DNA from: Raillietiella orientalis | Taxonomy: Eukaryota | Direction: 5' to 3' | Assembly (NCBI GenBank): GCA_036172245.1 | Contig: JAYWIR010000079.1 | Span: 186,001 to 250,000, forward strand | DNA: 64,000 nt | Shown: positions 23,750 through 36,772 of the stretch, piece after piece | Layout: each line of letters opens with the position of its first letter | How positions within the stretch are numbered: the stretch's first letter is position 1 | Made by a program: the position numbers and the translations under genes | Notes under the pieces: model-generated | What the model was told of the DNA's origin: nothing | Seen by the model: only the letters and a program-made list of their open reading frames with translations | Databases searched by the model: none

Positions 23750-25300
23750 CGGGAGTTCGAAAAGGGAAACAGAAGGGCGACTCTCGCGAGACCAAGGAAG
23801 TGTTGTGTGCGGTGAGCACGAGCGCGAAAAACCGTTGCTCTTCCTCTCCCTCATCCCGGCCACTGGCTTGGACCAGTTTCCAAGCTGAGACGAAATGCGG
23901 CTACGCAGAGTTGTCGCGACCTCCGTGGAGACAAACGCTCGCCTCACGCTGTGACCCATACTCCACCTTCCAGCCAGCTGCAGGAGCACACGAAGTGCGC
24001 GCGCATCGGCAGGTCTCTCCCGACACGTAAGCGGGCAGAGAGGTTGGTTGAATGGAGAGGGCGACTCACGCTTCCTGGGCGATGATATATCGGGAAGGTT
24101 CGCATCCGGGATATTCTTCACTGGGGGAATTAGGGGGAAGAGCGCCAAGAGAAAAGCGGGGCCCTGCTTTGCCTTTCGCGACATTTCCCGCCCTGTGGCA
24201 GAGCGGGGGGCAGTGACAGCGACCGTCTTCTGAGAGAAGGCAGAAAAGGACGATTTCTCACCGGTATTGCGGAGAAAGGGAGAAGGCAGACGAACGCTCA
24301 CGAGATGGTGAAGAACGTCTCCGCTATTCCTCGAGCACAGATCACCGGCAACGGATCCAACCAAGGAAAAAACAACAGCGAGGAGGCGGTCCTTCTCTTA
24401 TGTGGTGACGGGCACAAAACAACAACAGCAAAAGAAAAAAAAAAAATCCGACGCATGGCGCCACTGCAGAACTACTCGGACCGGTGGACCGTTGCAGCAG
24501 CACGGTAAACAGCACCGCCTGTTCCGTCCAGCGAACGATGTCCACCGCTCGTGTATAGGAGCTCCCTGGAGAGAACTGTTTCACCGACAGTCGGTTTGGT
24601 CCTGCCTCCCGGATGAAGCAAAGAGGTATGAAAAGTGGGGCACCATTTAGGGGAGCGGCGCTCGAACATATGCTGGACACATACCCATGACAAATTCCAG
24701 CTCCTTCCGAAGAGTTCTCGTCGAAAAACCAAGAGGGGGGGTGACCTCTTGGGGATGATTCGCACTTTGGATGCTAATCAATAATAATGGCACCCAGCAC
24801 GTACCCACTGTTCATACTGGCTGCGGACCTCCAACGTATGTACATCACTGCGATTTAGTGTTAACCTCGACAACACTCCTAGCGGGCGTTACTGTCGAAT
24901 GTGAGCACGCAACGCCCTCAATTATGAATAGCACTCAAAGTCCGACACGAATATCCAACACACCCATGCAATATCCATGTCCAACTCCAACATGCAACAC
25001 GTGTTAGTTCCACGAGTTGAGTCGAAAGTTAACACCCAGCTCATGCAACATCGCTGCCGGATGTTGGCGTTGGGAGTTAGCGCCCCCTATGTCCGAGGAG
25101 ATCGAATCCACAGCTGCCCGTCGTCCACTGCAATCACGAATTCGTTCCCAGAGCACTGGTACCCCACATTCCCGGGAAGCACGCGGCGACGATCGGAGGA
25201 GACAGTCAAAGGAGAGCCACGGAAAGGGTGTGCGCGCAGCTGGGGTGAGTAGCGAGCGCAGTCTCCGCGTTACGGGGAAGATGTCAAGCATCTTGGAGCA
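23750..25300 (+). mobile_element. Degenerate Gypsy-like RNase H-integrase remnant
   Basis: 'TLTRW' followed by 'QGKNNSEEAVL' (RL.RW...PGK.N..ADAL-like) near 24300-24400. 'LINNNGTQH' (SDNGTQF integrase-like) near 24780. Confidence 0.4.
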
Positions 25301-26500
25301 ACTTCCGCCGAGTGGCGATCGCTTCGCAGGCGGATTCGCCTCGTCGGGGAAAGCGCACGGAAAAACCGGACGATTCTGACATCCTGACGGATGCAGATGG
25401 CCCTGCAGGGATTCGGGAGGGGCACGAAGCGGTCTCCCTTTGCGCGCTCCTCCCGGGCTGAGAGGATGTGCCCAGCCCCGAACCTGGGAAAGAGGGAGGC
25501 AACCGAAGCGGCCAAGGTTCAGCGCAAAACCTGGCAAACAATACCGTTTCCAGAGGCAACAGGGGCGTCGGGGCGAAAATATGTCGAAGGGACAAACAGG
25601 CTGTTTACGAAGACGTGCGCGGGAGCGAACACTTCCAGGGGTTGCTCGGAGTTGCGTCGCGGAGCAACAACAAACCCGATCTCCGACCCGTTTGAGCTCG
25701 AAGAGGTCGGATTGGGAGAAGGAGGGGAAAAAAACAAACAAACAAAAAAAAAAAAAAAAAAGGAGGAGAAACGCTCCAAACTCGATGACCAAGTTGACCT
25801 ACCAATTGCTGCTGACGATGTCAAGATTTGTTCTGGCGCTTGTTTTCGCCTGCCTGGGAGCCGGGAAGGAGTTTCCTACGGATACACAAGAGAGGCACAA
25901 TGCAACAGGGCGCGTGAACAGTAAGTGGTCACTCTCTCGTTTCAACCCCCGCGTTAGCAATTTCGATCCCGGAGATTCGTAAAGATTCCCAGTTTCGGTG
26001 AGATCGAGGATTCCAGACTGCGTGCACGGAACGTCTCGCCTCTCCGAAAGACGGAAACGTCATCGTTTCGGTGACTCTTGCTCCGGGATCGCGTGTGTCT
26101 CTGTTGCCGGCTGAACCGGCAAGAACGTGTTCAGCTGGCATGTGAGTGCGAGATGGGACGGCCTTCGGCTAGGAAGAGATTCTCTTCTTTTGCGCTGCAG
26201 CCCAATCGGGGCATCGCCTTCTCTTACGCACGCGAAGGCGCCAGGAACTGCTATCGGTGGCCTCCCGGGATCGTGTGAAATGCTTCAGTGGTCCTTCGAA
26301 CGGTTCTTCAACAGCACGAGACCTCGCATGTTCGTCGTTGCTTTGTCCCGGAGGACGACTTTGCCCGGGAAGTCTCGAAACGACACCACCGCTGCACCAC
26401 ACGGTGCCAAGAACGATGTGAAACGAAAGTGGACGTTGGCAACCGCGTACTACGTAAGACGGTACACTCCAGTTTTCCGATCTTGCTGTGTTCTCTGAAT
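25300..26500 (+). mobile_element. Degenerate CR1/L2-like LINE RT remnant
   Basis: 'PGVARSCV' (GVPQGSV-like), 'IAADDVKI' (FADDVKI), 'WSLSRFNP' (W.L.FN), 'GEIEDSRL' (GV..DS.L) and 'CSPIG' in the expected order. Confidence 0.55.
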
Positions 26501-27949
26501 CACTTTGTTGGCCGTCCAGGTACTTCCGTTTATTCTTCGCGCTTCTCGAAAACTCCAGCGCAAGTCACCGCACCTACCCATAAGGAGTGGAATCCCGTAA
26601 CAGAGTTGCCGTCTTTCCTCCATCCCTTTCCAGCAAAGTCCCTTGGATTTGTAATCCCGACGCTCATTAGTCGTGCTAACAAACGGAACGTTGGACAGTC
26701 ATGCGCTGCGAGTCTTGCAAATTTAGAAAAATGTATGTGTGTTTTTTTTCTTTTCTTTTTCCTGATTGATGTGTGCCACGCTTCCATCCACTGCTTCGCT
26801 GAAAGAATCCCATATGTCGAGCATACGAATGGGTTTGCGTTCCGCGGTTGCAGCAAACAGTTTGCTGATTTTCATCCGAAGAGTCGCAGTTTCCTGTGAT
26901 TCCCTTTGCCTACCCGATAATGTACATTTCTTTTTTTTTTTTGCATTAAGTTCTTATGAAACAGAATCATTGTTGCACTGAAACTTGGATGCTGGTTAAG
27001 ATAAAGAGATGAGTGCTTGGCCGCTCTAGGCAGTTTTCACGGATCCCCATGCTGTCACACAGCATGATCGCGATCAGGACTGACTAGAAAGTCTTACGCT
27101 AATACCAAAGAAGTACTTGAATATACAGCTACTTTGATCCAGCTCAGAAGATACCCTGACAACGAAGTAGAAATACTTTGAAAAGCTCGTGGCTGCAGAT
27201 GGAGCCGCTGCTCCATCTCCAAATTAGTAGAGAGAACGGCAAGGCACACCTACTTCTAAACATGATGAAGCAATGAATACGCGCAGCGAGGACCTTTGTG
27301 AACATTCAAGGTCACAGCATTCCGTTGACAACAACACACAGCATTCCGGATGGTCCTGTTGCGGAGGAACAGGCGTAAACAGACTCAAAACAGCTCGCAG
27401 CCAGAACGGAATGAAACTGCCAACTCTCGAAATGTGATTTCCTGCTTTATGCACTCAAGTCGACATAGGAAAATTTCACACACATGCGGATGAGATCCGG
27501 TAAGGACCAGCTCGTGTTTAAATATCGAGTGCTCAGAAACACACTGGTGGATGCGCCACCATTGTATTTGAGAAATACGCTTTCACCACATGATCAGCAA
27601 TGCTCACACACAAGACCTGCAACAAAAATGGAAACCAAAATGATAATAAAAGACGAGGCAGTTGACTGAAGTGAAGCTCAAGTTCGAGAGGAAGGATGAC
27701 CTTAGGAAGATACGTGGAGTAAGGGACACAGCTCATCGAAGTGGAAACATGATACGACGCCCGACTTCCTAATAAACTGCCAGCAACAAGGAAGATTTTC
27801 GAGTAACAGAGTTATGTTACGTAACCGCAGGTTACTTTAATACCAGCAAGACTGTTCGAATACTCAAGAGATTTCGTGATTCGAGGGGAAGGAGAAACAA
27901 GATCCTAAAAAGACAATGGAGTAGAAATTACGCACAGGTAGAAGATTGA

Positions 27950-28900
27950 GCACAGCAGATTCCAATGCTTTGAACTTTCCATCATTTCTTCGTAATTCAT
28001 TCGTTTATCGCTGCAATCTCAGTTCCATTCTTCAGTTCCTTCTGACACTGCAATCCGAACATTGCATAGTTACAAGGGATGCTGCAAACACAGCATCTAT
28101 AGGTTCATCTCGATGGGTATACGCGAAAACTGGAAATCCGGGCAAATCAGTGTCTGATGACAAGTTATTTAAGCTAATGAGTGCAATCTTGTCAGCATCC
28201 TTAGAATGCCAAAGCAAGAATCCCTGAAGAAAACTTAGAAGTTGAAGATAAGAATGCAAACTTCCAAAATCCAGCTCTTGGATGAAAACATTCTTTTTCA
28301 TGGAAATCCCTCTTGTTCTTTTTGTCTCGGTGATTTCTCAACCCGATCTCTAATTCCATACGTTTTCTTCTATGTTAGATGAGGAACAGAACTGAAATTT
28401 CGTGTGTACAACTCGTGAGCATCCACTCAGGCTTTGCGGAAGTGGTCACGTGACAGCACTCTGATGCTTTCTAGATAAGAAAGGAAACTTGCGTTTCTGA
28501 AGAATCGCAACACGCTGCACGAGCGAAGACGAATCTTTCCGAACTCAGAAGACACGCAAGCTTCCTTCAGTTCCTAGGTTCGTAAACGGTTTGGAGGATT
28601 TTTCCCAATTTTCAAGTTTCTAATTTCCCAAGCAATCTTTACGCTTCATTCCCTTCGCCATATAACAAAGTTTCACCAAAATGCATTGTAAATCCATACG
28701 GTACGAAAATTCAAAAACTCAAAAGGGAAGCTCTTCTGCATGAGCTTGGTGGCACGAAACACCATACGAATGCCAACATTTCGACATGAACCTGTACAGT
28801 CACAGTTTCGAATGACTGGTAACATCCAGAGATTCGCGGCCTGGAAAACCATCCACAGCTAGGCATATCTCATTAAAACACGAAGCAGTTCATATTTGTT
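27950..28900 (-). mobile_element. Possible BEL/Pao pol remnant
   Basis: 'KKNVFIQELDFGSL...FLQGFLLWHSKDAD' weakly resembles the Pao TKR..LS...FDPLG...LQ.LW....WD region. Very decayed. Confidence 0.25.
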
Positions 28901-29399
28901 TCTGTACGATAACAGAACACTTGCTTCGAAGAAATGGGTACCTCGATCGGATCCGGATGTCTTCGTTCGGTTCCCGAAATTCTGTATTCCAATCCAGGGA
29001 AATCACAATTTACTCTCCCTGAAGACCAAAGGAAGACTGCATAAGCTGATGCGACATGAAACCCAGATTACCTTCAGAGCGAAAGGTTCAGACAAGTCTT
29101 CTACGCTCTTTGGCGTCCGAGACATGCGGGGATCACATTCGTTGGTTTCTCTAGTTTGAAAATACGTGCGTCAAAATCTCGCACGTGCATGAAAAAAACT
29201 GCGCTTCTCAAAGAGAGAATGATTTAGGCAAACTACAGATTCAGTTATTTCACATATCTGAAAATACAAAAACAGTGGAAAAGGTGCAAGCGCCCTGAGA
29301 TCCATTCAAGGAATCTGCTTGAGATTCTTCAAAAAAAAAAAATCCCCATCTCCAGCCAGACCAACAACCGTTTCATTCATTCCATTAGAGCTCACCACG

Positions 29400-32300
29400 T
29401 CCCGTCTCTGGTAAGCGCATCCATCATACATTGTGACTCAGCCTCAGCCCTCGAACAGCACAGAACGTTTCCAAGCACTGAAACACCATTTTGATCGAAC
29501 GGCGTTGCACATATCGTAAGCCCAAAGAAGAGACAACATGAGGAAAAGAGAGGAACAAGAACTCACAACAGCGCCAAGCGAAAACGGGTGGTGCACAACC
29601 CAAGCAGGTTTCTTTCTGCTGGTGAGCTTTCGGAAAAGTGAAAGCTTGAACGCCCATTCCGGCTCAGACCGATCACGAATTTGCGAGGAGAAACGAAGGA
29701 TCGAATTTTCACTCCTGAGGGTTTCCTAACTGGGAACATCTCGGTGCATCCCGAACAACCGGAAGGAGGACAATTCTAAGTCTGTCCGGAGGTTGCGAGA
29801 AACACAACATGAAGTTGCACCACAAGAAAACTTCGTAGACACAATGATTGCATGATGAACGGCATGAAACTTTTCTTCCCAGTTTTCCTCCATACTGCCC
29901 TATGATTGAAACAAAATGCAAAGATAATGCTATGATGCGGCATGATGATGCTACTGAAGACTATATTAGGATCGAATCAACAGAGGACAAGACCTTCCTT
30001 AAAGACGAGGCTGCTTCCTGAAATCGGAAGAAGGTTATTCAGAGATGTCAAGAATGAACTACAGCATCCGAAATTGCTTTCGGTTTTTGACTGTTTGCGG
30101 GATTCCTGAGACGCTAGAGAAAGCATCTCTTCAAATGGAGCAGATGTGAGCAAAGGAATAGGAACCTACTGGGTGCGCAAGGCAAATGTATCGTCTGCTT
30201 GAAATCACCTTACATAAAGAGACTTATCCTGCAGACCAAAGATGCTACTACCCCTTCTATAATTCAGGAAAAATCTCAGGCTTGCAGATTACTAGGACAG
30301 TGTTTGATGAGAACGGAGAAACAAAACAACAGATTGATTTTTTTTTTATACTAAAATTGATGCAGCAGGAAAACAGGATCCGGACATATACAGGAAACAA
30401 GGTACTGGGCTCCGTCCCAGGTGTGATGAACGACAGATTTACGGAATATCTTTCGAGATTCCAGCAGATTTCAACGCAGAAGAAAAGTGAACCTTCCAGG
30501 AACCACAGCCAGGTGAAGCACTCCATCGTTCTCTAGACGCTGAACCGAGCATCCCATCCTAACTTTACTTATGGTCACAGGCAAAGCGAAGTTACCGGCA
30601 CCAGGTCGTGGGAGGAACGAAGTTTCCCATCCGCCGCCAAGAACTGCCCATCACTAAGCTGTAAATGAAGTTCATCGGATCAAGAAGAAAAATAGCGAGG
30701 CTTCACATCTTTTAGAGTCGATCAGCATGCATGATAGGAACCGTATGAACTGTTGATTGTAATGTAGGGGAAGAATACGAAAAATACGTTTCGACAAAAA
30801 GGTCGGAGCTCTGCAATCATGGACAGAATCATGAAAATTCTGGAATCATTTCTAGTAGCGGAATAGTGTCAATCTATCTAAAAGCTCATCAACAACAGAC
30901 ACAGGACTGGGCAGGGGACGAGAGATGAAATTCTGGGCATCCCATTTGCACCTAGCGGAAATGGCTTTGGTTTTTGCCTATTGTGTTTCCACGAACGCCG
31001 ATTGAGATCTGAAACCGAAGATTTTTTAAAGAAAACAAAAGCCGGGGTTTAACTTGTGCTGCACCTGGAAACACTGTTAAAGAGATTCTTGCTTTGTTAA
31101 ATGCTTTGTGGAGATCAAGGATACAAAATTGGCTCTACCGCTTCGAAAGGTGATCTTAACAAGAGCAAACACTTTTGAAAAAGATACACCACGTTCCATA
31201 CCACCGGGAACACAATGATCCTCTGAGATGTACAAAATGAACAGCACATCTCCAGTAAAGAGTGCTATACCGATTGAATTCTAAAGCACTGATGCTGCAA
31301 AGCCAGTTCATATGACGAGAGGCGTCCGGGTATCTGAAATCAAAATTAGAAGCACACTCATTTTGATCCTCCATCAAGTGTAAGAGCGCGTTCAAACAAG
31401 AATCTACCAAAAAAACAAACCTGCCGAATAGACCCGCTCACGGTCAGATTTCCAAAGAAAACAGAAACCGAAGCTCCTGAAGTCGGTGGGAAAAGTAACT
31501 TTAAGGCGGAGTGGTTTTCAATTTCAAATACATCACAAACATTTGTAATTCATTTGAAATTGAGAATGGCAAATGTCGAGCTCACAGAATTTCCTCGATT
31601 ACGCAAACGAATGCGCACTGACCTAGAGTAGGATGTACTATACTGTAGTTTGCCCTGCAGCGTGGTACGTTTACCGCTAAAATAAGTAAAACCTTTAGTA
31701 ATGCTACTCTCCCCGCTGGACAAGCGTATATGCGCAATCATGTACATAAGACATCCGCATCTTGTGCCTGAAAATGTATCCTAGATTCCAGTGACCACAA
31801 ATAAACCGCAAAAGGAAGCACCGCTAAAAAATTTGCGGTGTGAGACCTGCTGAGAATCAAAAATGCAATCTGAGGTTTTCGATTTCTATTTCTAGATTTC
31901 TCCATTTTCAAGCTGGGATTTCTGAATGTGTTTCGCTTCGAGAATAAGGAGTGCGAAACCAACAGCTCGGCATACCCTCAAGGAGTATGCTATACCAGAT
32001 ATCAGTGCCGCAAAATGGGCGGCGAAGCAATGTCCCTCTGCTCCCCAGGATATTGGGTCTGCTGTGTTTGTAAGATTACTTTTAATTAATAATCACAAGC
32101 AACAATAATTGACTAAAAAGAGATACTCCACATCGTGCCTAAGTGCTGTGTATTGACACACTGACCATATCCGTTGACAGTAAACAAAAGTTCCTTTGGG
32201 TATTCCTACTGGAATATCCAAAAGAACTTTGAAAATTCCTATCAAGCTCTTCCCTTTTCAAATCAAACGCTGCCTTCGAGATTTACAGACATCAGGAACT

Positions 32301-33200
32301 GATAATGTTTCAGAAGGCCTACCATTTACTTGCAATGTTGCAGCATTCGAGATGCATGCACGAGTGTGCTTATCACATCGAATCATGATGATACGTGTTC
32401 ATGTATAGCCACTTATCTAAATTCAAAACGTGTACAGAACTGATGCTGCAGACTTGAGAAGATCCAAACGAATGGCCTGCGAATACAGAATAGGTCTTTT
32501 GGTTTCCTATCATATATGTATCTAATGAAGTGATGACAGTCACAATTGCATTTTTCTGCGAACGTCGTTACTTCTGTCTTCGTCTTTGCAACTGCTAACT
32601 AGCTATTTCCCTTACACCATCATTTCAAATTTGTTGCGCGGGCTAGAGGGGATGAAATGTAAAGAAGAGCAACTTTTCAGTCCAGAGATCCTGCGGTGAA
32701 GTCTTGGAGAACAGCAATGTTTACTTCGTGAATCCTGAGTACCCATCTCCTCTCGAAGATCCCATCACTTGCGTGGCAAGCGTGAAACCTCTTTCCCAAC
32801 ACGTAAGTGATCCGTTGTTCGTTGCTTGTATGGAGTTTCGCGAGTACAGTATTGGTAGCGGTGAAGCGCACATTCGGATCGTGTACAAAAGTTATTAGAT
32901 GCTAGTTACTGTTTACGTGGGACATGAGATTTCCTAAGCATTGTGAACACTTGCAAGAGAAGCCATTCATGGATTCCTGATATTTAATGATACACGAAAA
33001 CTAAAAGTTGGTCCAGTAGCAAAATTCTGAAATTTTTAACTTTACATTGGTTAGTACATTCTCGTTGATAAATTACAAAAATAAAATCGATACATGGGCA
33101 GTTGGGTTGCCTATGTGATTATTACTATAGAGATAAAACGCACCAAACTCACACGAGAGCTTTCGTATTCACCTGAAAGCATTCTTCATTTTCTGTTAGC
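29400..33200 (+). mobile_element. Degenerate BEL/Pao LTR retrotransposon pol
   Basis: 'CYYPFYNSGKISGLQITRTVFDENGETK' (YYLPHH.V....TTK.R.VFDASAK), 'EILGIPFAPS' (K.LG..W.P), and 'ENSNVYFVNPEYPSPLEDP...VKPLSQ' (integrase C-terminal NSRPL..D..LTP-like) in order. Confidence 0.5.
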
Positions 33201-33599
33201 TTCGATCTCCTATTGACTTTTCATTCTTTGCCTGCTATTTCTTACAATAAACTGTGGTTTTTCTGAATCACAAATGCTTTGTCCTTCAAACGGCAACCCA
33301 GAAGATGTATACGAAACCCTGTGTCCTTCGTTTATCATTCCATCGCTAATGATACCAACAAAGTCACGATGATAAACCATCTCACTTTTGCATTACATTT
33401 CATTCGAGTAGTCGAATACTTGATACGGTAATCAAAGAATAAGAGGGATCCGGCAAAACCTCTTCAAAGAACAGCATCGACTTCATCTCCGTGTACGCTC
33501 AATGTATAACGCTTCGTTCAAAATAAAAAAAAAAAAAAAACGAACTGTTGCTAATGTGCGCATGAGAAGCTTTTTAGAATGTTTCGCACTCCTCTTGTG

Positions 33600-34900
33600 G
33601 TCCCTTTTAATGCAAAGAATTGATCTGTGTTCCAGATTGTGCAGCTACGTGTCGAATTCGAAATGCTGGAGCTGATGCAACCTTTCAAAGGAAACTGTGT
33701 GAACGACAATTTGACGATAACTGTTAACCAAGTGACTCAGCAAGTAGTCACTATTTGCGGGAGAAATTCGGGACAACACTGTAAGACTTAAAGACACAAA
33801 AGCGCAAAAACATTTCCTTGAAATCAAAGGCCCTACGTTAATGCAAGAGACATTTCCAATTCTCTTCGAAATGAAAATTTCCTGATGAAGGAAGCACTTC
33901 AGGTGCTTCTTTCATTAGGAAACTCTTCCACTGGTATTGTCCGGAAGCATAACTGTCGAGTACCTTGATCGCTTTTGAAGAAACAGATACCGTTATCAGA
34001 CTTTCTGAAAACAACAAATTCGGATCGAAATGGGTTGGAAACGCAAGAAGGTCATCACTTTCTGACATGAGATCCAGAAGGATATCTCGTAGGTAATGAA
34101 AGTTTCGTGTAGCCACGCGTGTACGGAAATACTAGTTCTGGAATGAGCTTTTCCCGTTTACAGCACAGCCTCTGAAGTAGAGGAAGAAGCACGAATCACT
34201 AGACCAATCACAAATGGGTAGAGAGGGAATCATGTGTGCAAGAAGTGATTGGTCTCATTTAGTTCCTAGCTTCAAATGATGTTCAATTCTTTTATGATTA
34301 TCAACTGGAAAGTCTTTTACTTCATAGATGAAGTAAAGCACCAACACCTAGAGAACAGAAATAAAGGTACTATTCAAGGAGAAAAACAGAAGTCAGTCTA
34401 CTCTTACTGATGCACTTTGAAATTTCAAGCGAGACGATGAAGTCGGGATCGGTGAGATCTGCTGCCACATGAGAAGTGTTTCTCGAGATCCAATAGCGAC
34501 GCTAGGAGGATCAATATCACCGCGGAGGATAAGCTCGAAGTAGATCGTTTGAGTGGAAAAAGTGCACAGGGAACAAAAGACTTGACCGAAACCTATATTC
34601 GGAATCAAATAACGAGGTGGACCGGATAAGCGCGTTTTCCGAGCTTCCCAAGCTCGTGTACGACTTCCGCACGAACGTTTCCGGTTTTTAACAAACGACA
34701 GGGATGAGGTCGAAACGGTACAGGCTCCAGAAGGAGCCATTTAAAATGATGATCCATTTAAAATGCGAACAACTTCGTACCTTGAAAATAGTTTTCTCTT
34801 CAATTCCGGTATGTTGCAAGCAAATGACAAGGTGCAAAGAAAGATGAAAGTTTAACAAAAATGTGGTGGAAGGCAGGCAACTACCCTGTTGAGATTAAAA
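33600..34900 (-). mobile_element. Degenerate BEL/Pao RT remnant
   Basis: 'PRYLIPN' upstream, then 'RNFHYLRDILL' (NFYVDDLL-like) and 'KAIKVLD...W' (KVLG..W-like). Confidence 0.35.
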
Positions 34901-36460
34901 AAGTATCTAACATGAGTATCCGATCTGAGGTTGTATTCAGCGCCATTCCACTGAAGAGCATCACTGAAATACTTCGTTTTCAAGCTCTCTTTCCCATTAT
35001 GTCGGCTGGGGAAAAGGTGCACATCAATTAGCATTTTGACACTGCATCCTGAATTAATTGTGCATCTGGGAGATCTAATAATTCCATTTATTTCTCAGCA
35101 GCTTGATAAGCACTGCTTCATGATTATCTATCGCTGAATCCCCATGAAGTTTAAAAGAATGTTTTTCAGTGTACATCCATATGAGGAACAATACTCCTCA
35201 CAACATCACGATACAGACGTCAGCCAATTCAACCTTCCACAGAAAATGGCGTATTCGCGTAAGGCAACTGACCAACAGGAGTTCCATGTTAGCTCCGACC
35301 CGATGCCTGCAGGTAAAAGCAGTATTTTTATGTGGAAGAGGATGGAGGTGGTCGTATCAACGCCTTCCAACCCATTTCCAGATGGAATCTGAATTCTCGG
35401 ACGTTCTCATTTTGATAGCTAATATTTTTCTTTTTAATAATTGCAGTATTTTCCATCAGAGACAGGAGTAGTCTCCTCCTTCAATAACAACGGCAGTAGA
35501 GGTCAGCTGATAAATCAACTTTGCTATGGAATATGCTTCCCAGTCACGGGAGATTCGTGTGGGATCCAGCTAAAGAAGGAGTTCTTCGACATAGGCGGTA
35601 AACAAAGAAACAACTTTTCCACCTTTCTCAGCTTTTCCCATCAGGAAAGACAAACTCTACATGTGAAGATCGGTTTTTGGGGGTTGCTCACGAGAAATTC
35701 TGCGGAAATCGCTTAGCTAAAGAGAAAATATGGGGTGAGTTGGCACCGGAAAAAGAGTGGATGGACTCTATTTTGTTTCAGTCCGCTCTTATGGTCCTGT
35801 TGTCATCACCAGCTGCTCTGGTAAAGCAGCGCATGAAACGATTGGATTTCGATTAAATTACTCTTTGACTCGATGCAGCGACCCAGAACAGCTAAACAAG
35901 GAGCTGGATGTTTAAAAAGACGAAACCATTTGCGACACGCGTCCGATTCACATTGCGCTATTCATCGTGAACACACAGTAATAAAACGAAGCAGACTTAA
36001 GCCTATCTCTCTCCAGGCAGTTTTTTCCCTCACGAGACGGTAAAAACAGAAGCTGTTCCAAAGAACGCATGCAGGGGTGTGCATGTGGGTTTCATACGGT
36101 CTTTTTCGTCTGTCTGATTGTTTGATCTTGTAAGAAAAGCACCTTCTTTATCATCTTGTCCTAAATGGTCCACCCTTTTCAAAATGATATAGTTCTGGAG
36201 TATACTTTGCAAGACAAGTACACAGAATCGGTAACATAGTGACTTCTAATCTATTGCTTTTCATTCGTGAGGTAACAACCTTCTTTTGCGAAAACCAGTA
36301 GTGATGTTGAAAACTGCAAGTAACAGTGCAACCAGTTGACAAGCATGCAGGAATAATCGCTTGACCTGGTGCGTCAAACACGCAAAGTCAATACGGAAGT
36401 TACAACGAAGGTACAAGAAAGGACAGTGAAAGACTACCCCAAGTGAAAAACTATCCCATG

Positions 36461-36500
36461 AACACCAGCTGAATGCCTTCTGAGGCATTCAGCTGGTGTT
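36461..36500. repeat. Perfect 18-bp inverted repeat with 4-nt loop
   Basis: AACACCAGCTGAATGCCT-TCTG-AGGCATTCAGCTGGTGTT. Confidence 0.9.
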
Positions 36501-36752
36501 TATCATGGCTACTGGCATAATTACAAACATTGTGAGCTTTTGTGGTAACACTACGGGATGCACAACACAGCACGTACACAACGGTGAAGTCAAGCAAATA
36601 CTCGAATTTTGCGAGAGTGGCTGTTATTAATGCCTTAAGTTAGTACGTTAGTACTAGCACACATGCAAACGCTCAAATTTTAAATAGTTATCACGCTTAT
36701 GCACTGCGACACGGTGGTGCATCAGTGAGGCAGTGGCTTTATGGTGCGTGAG

Positions 36753-36772
36753 TCTTCAAGTATACTTGAAGA
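36753..36772. repeat. Perfect 20-bp palindrome followed by an imperfect copy
   Basis: TCTTCAAGTATACTTGAAGA, then TTCAAGATACTTGAA immediately downstream. Confidence 0.85.
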
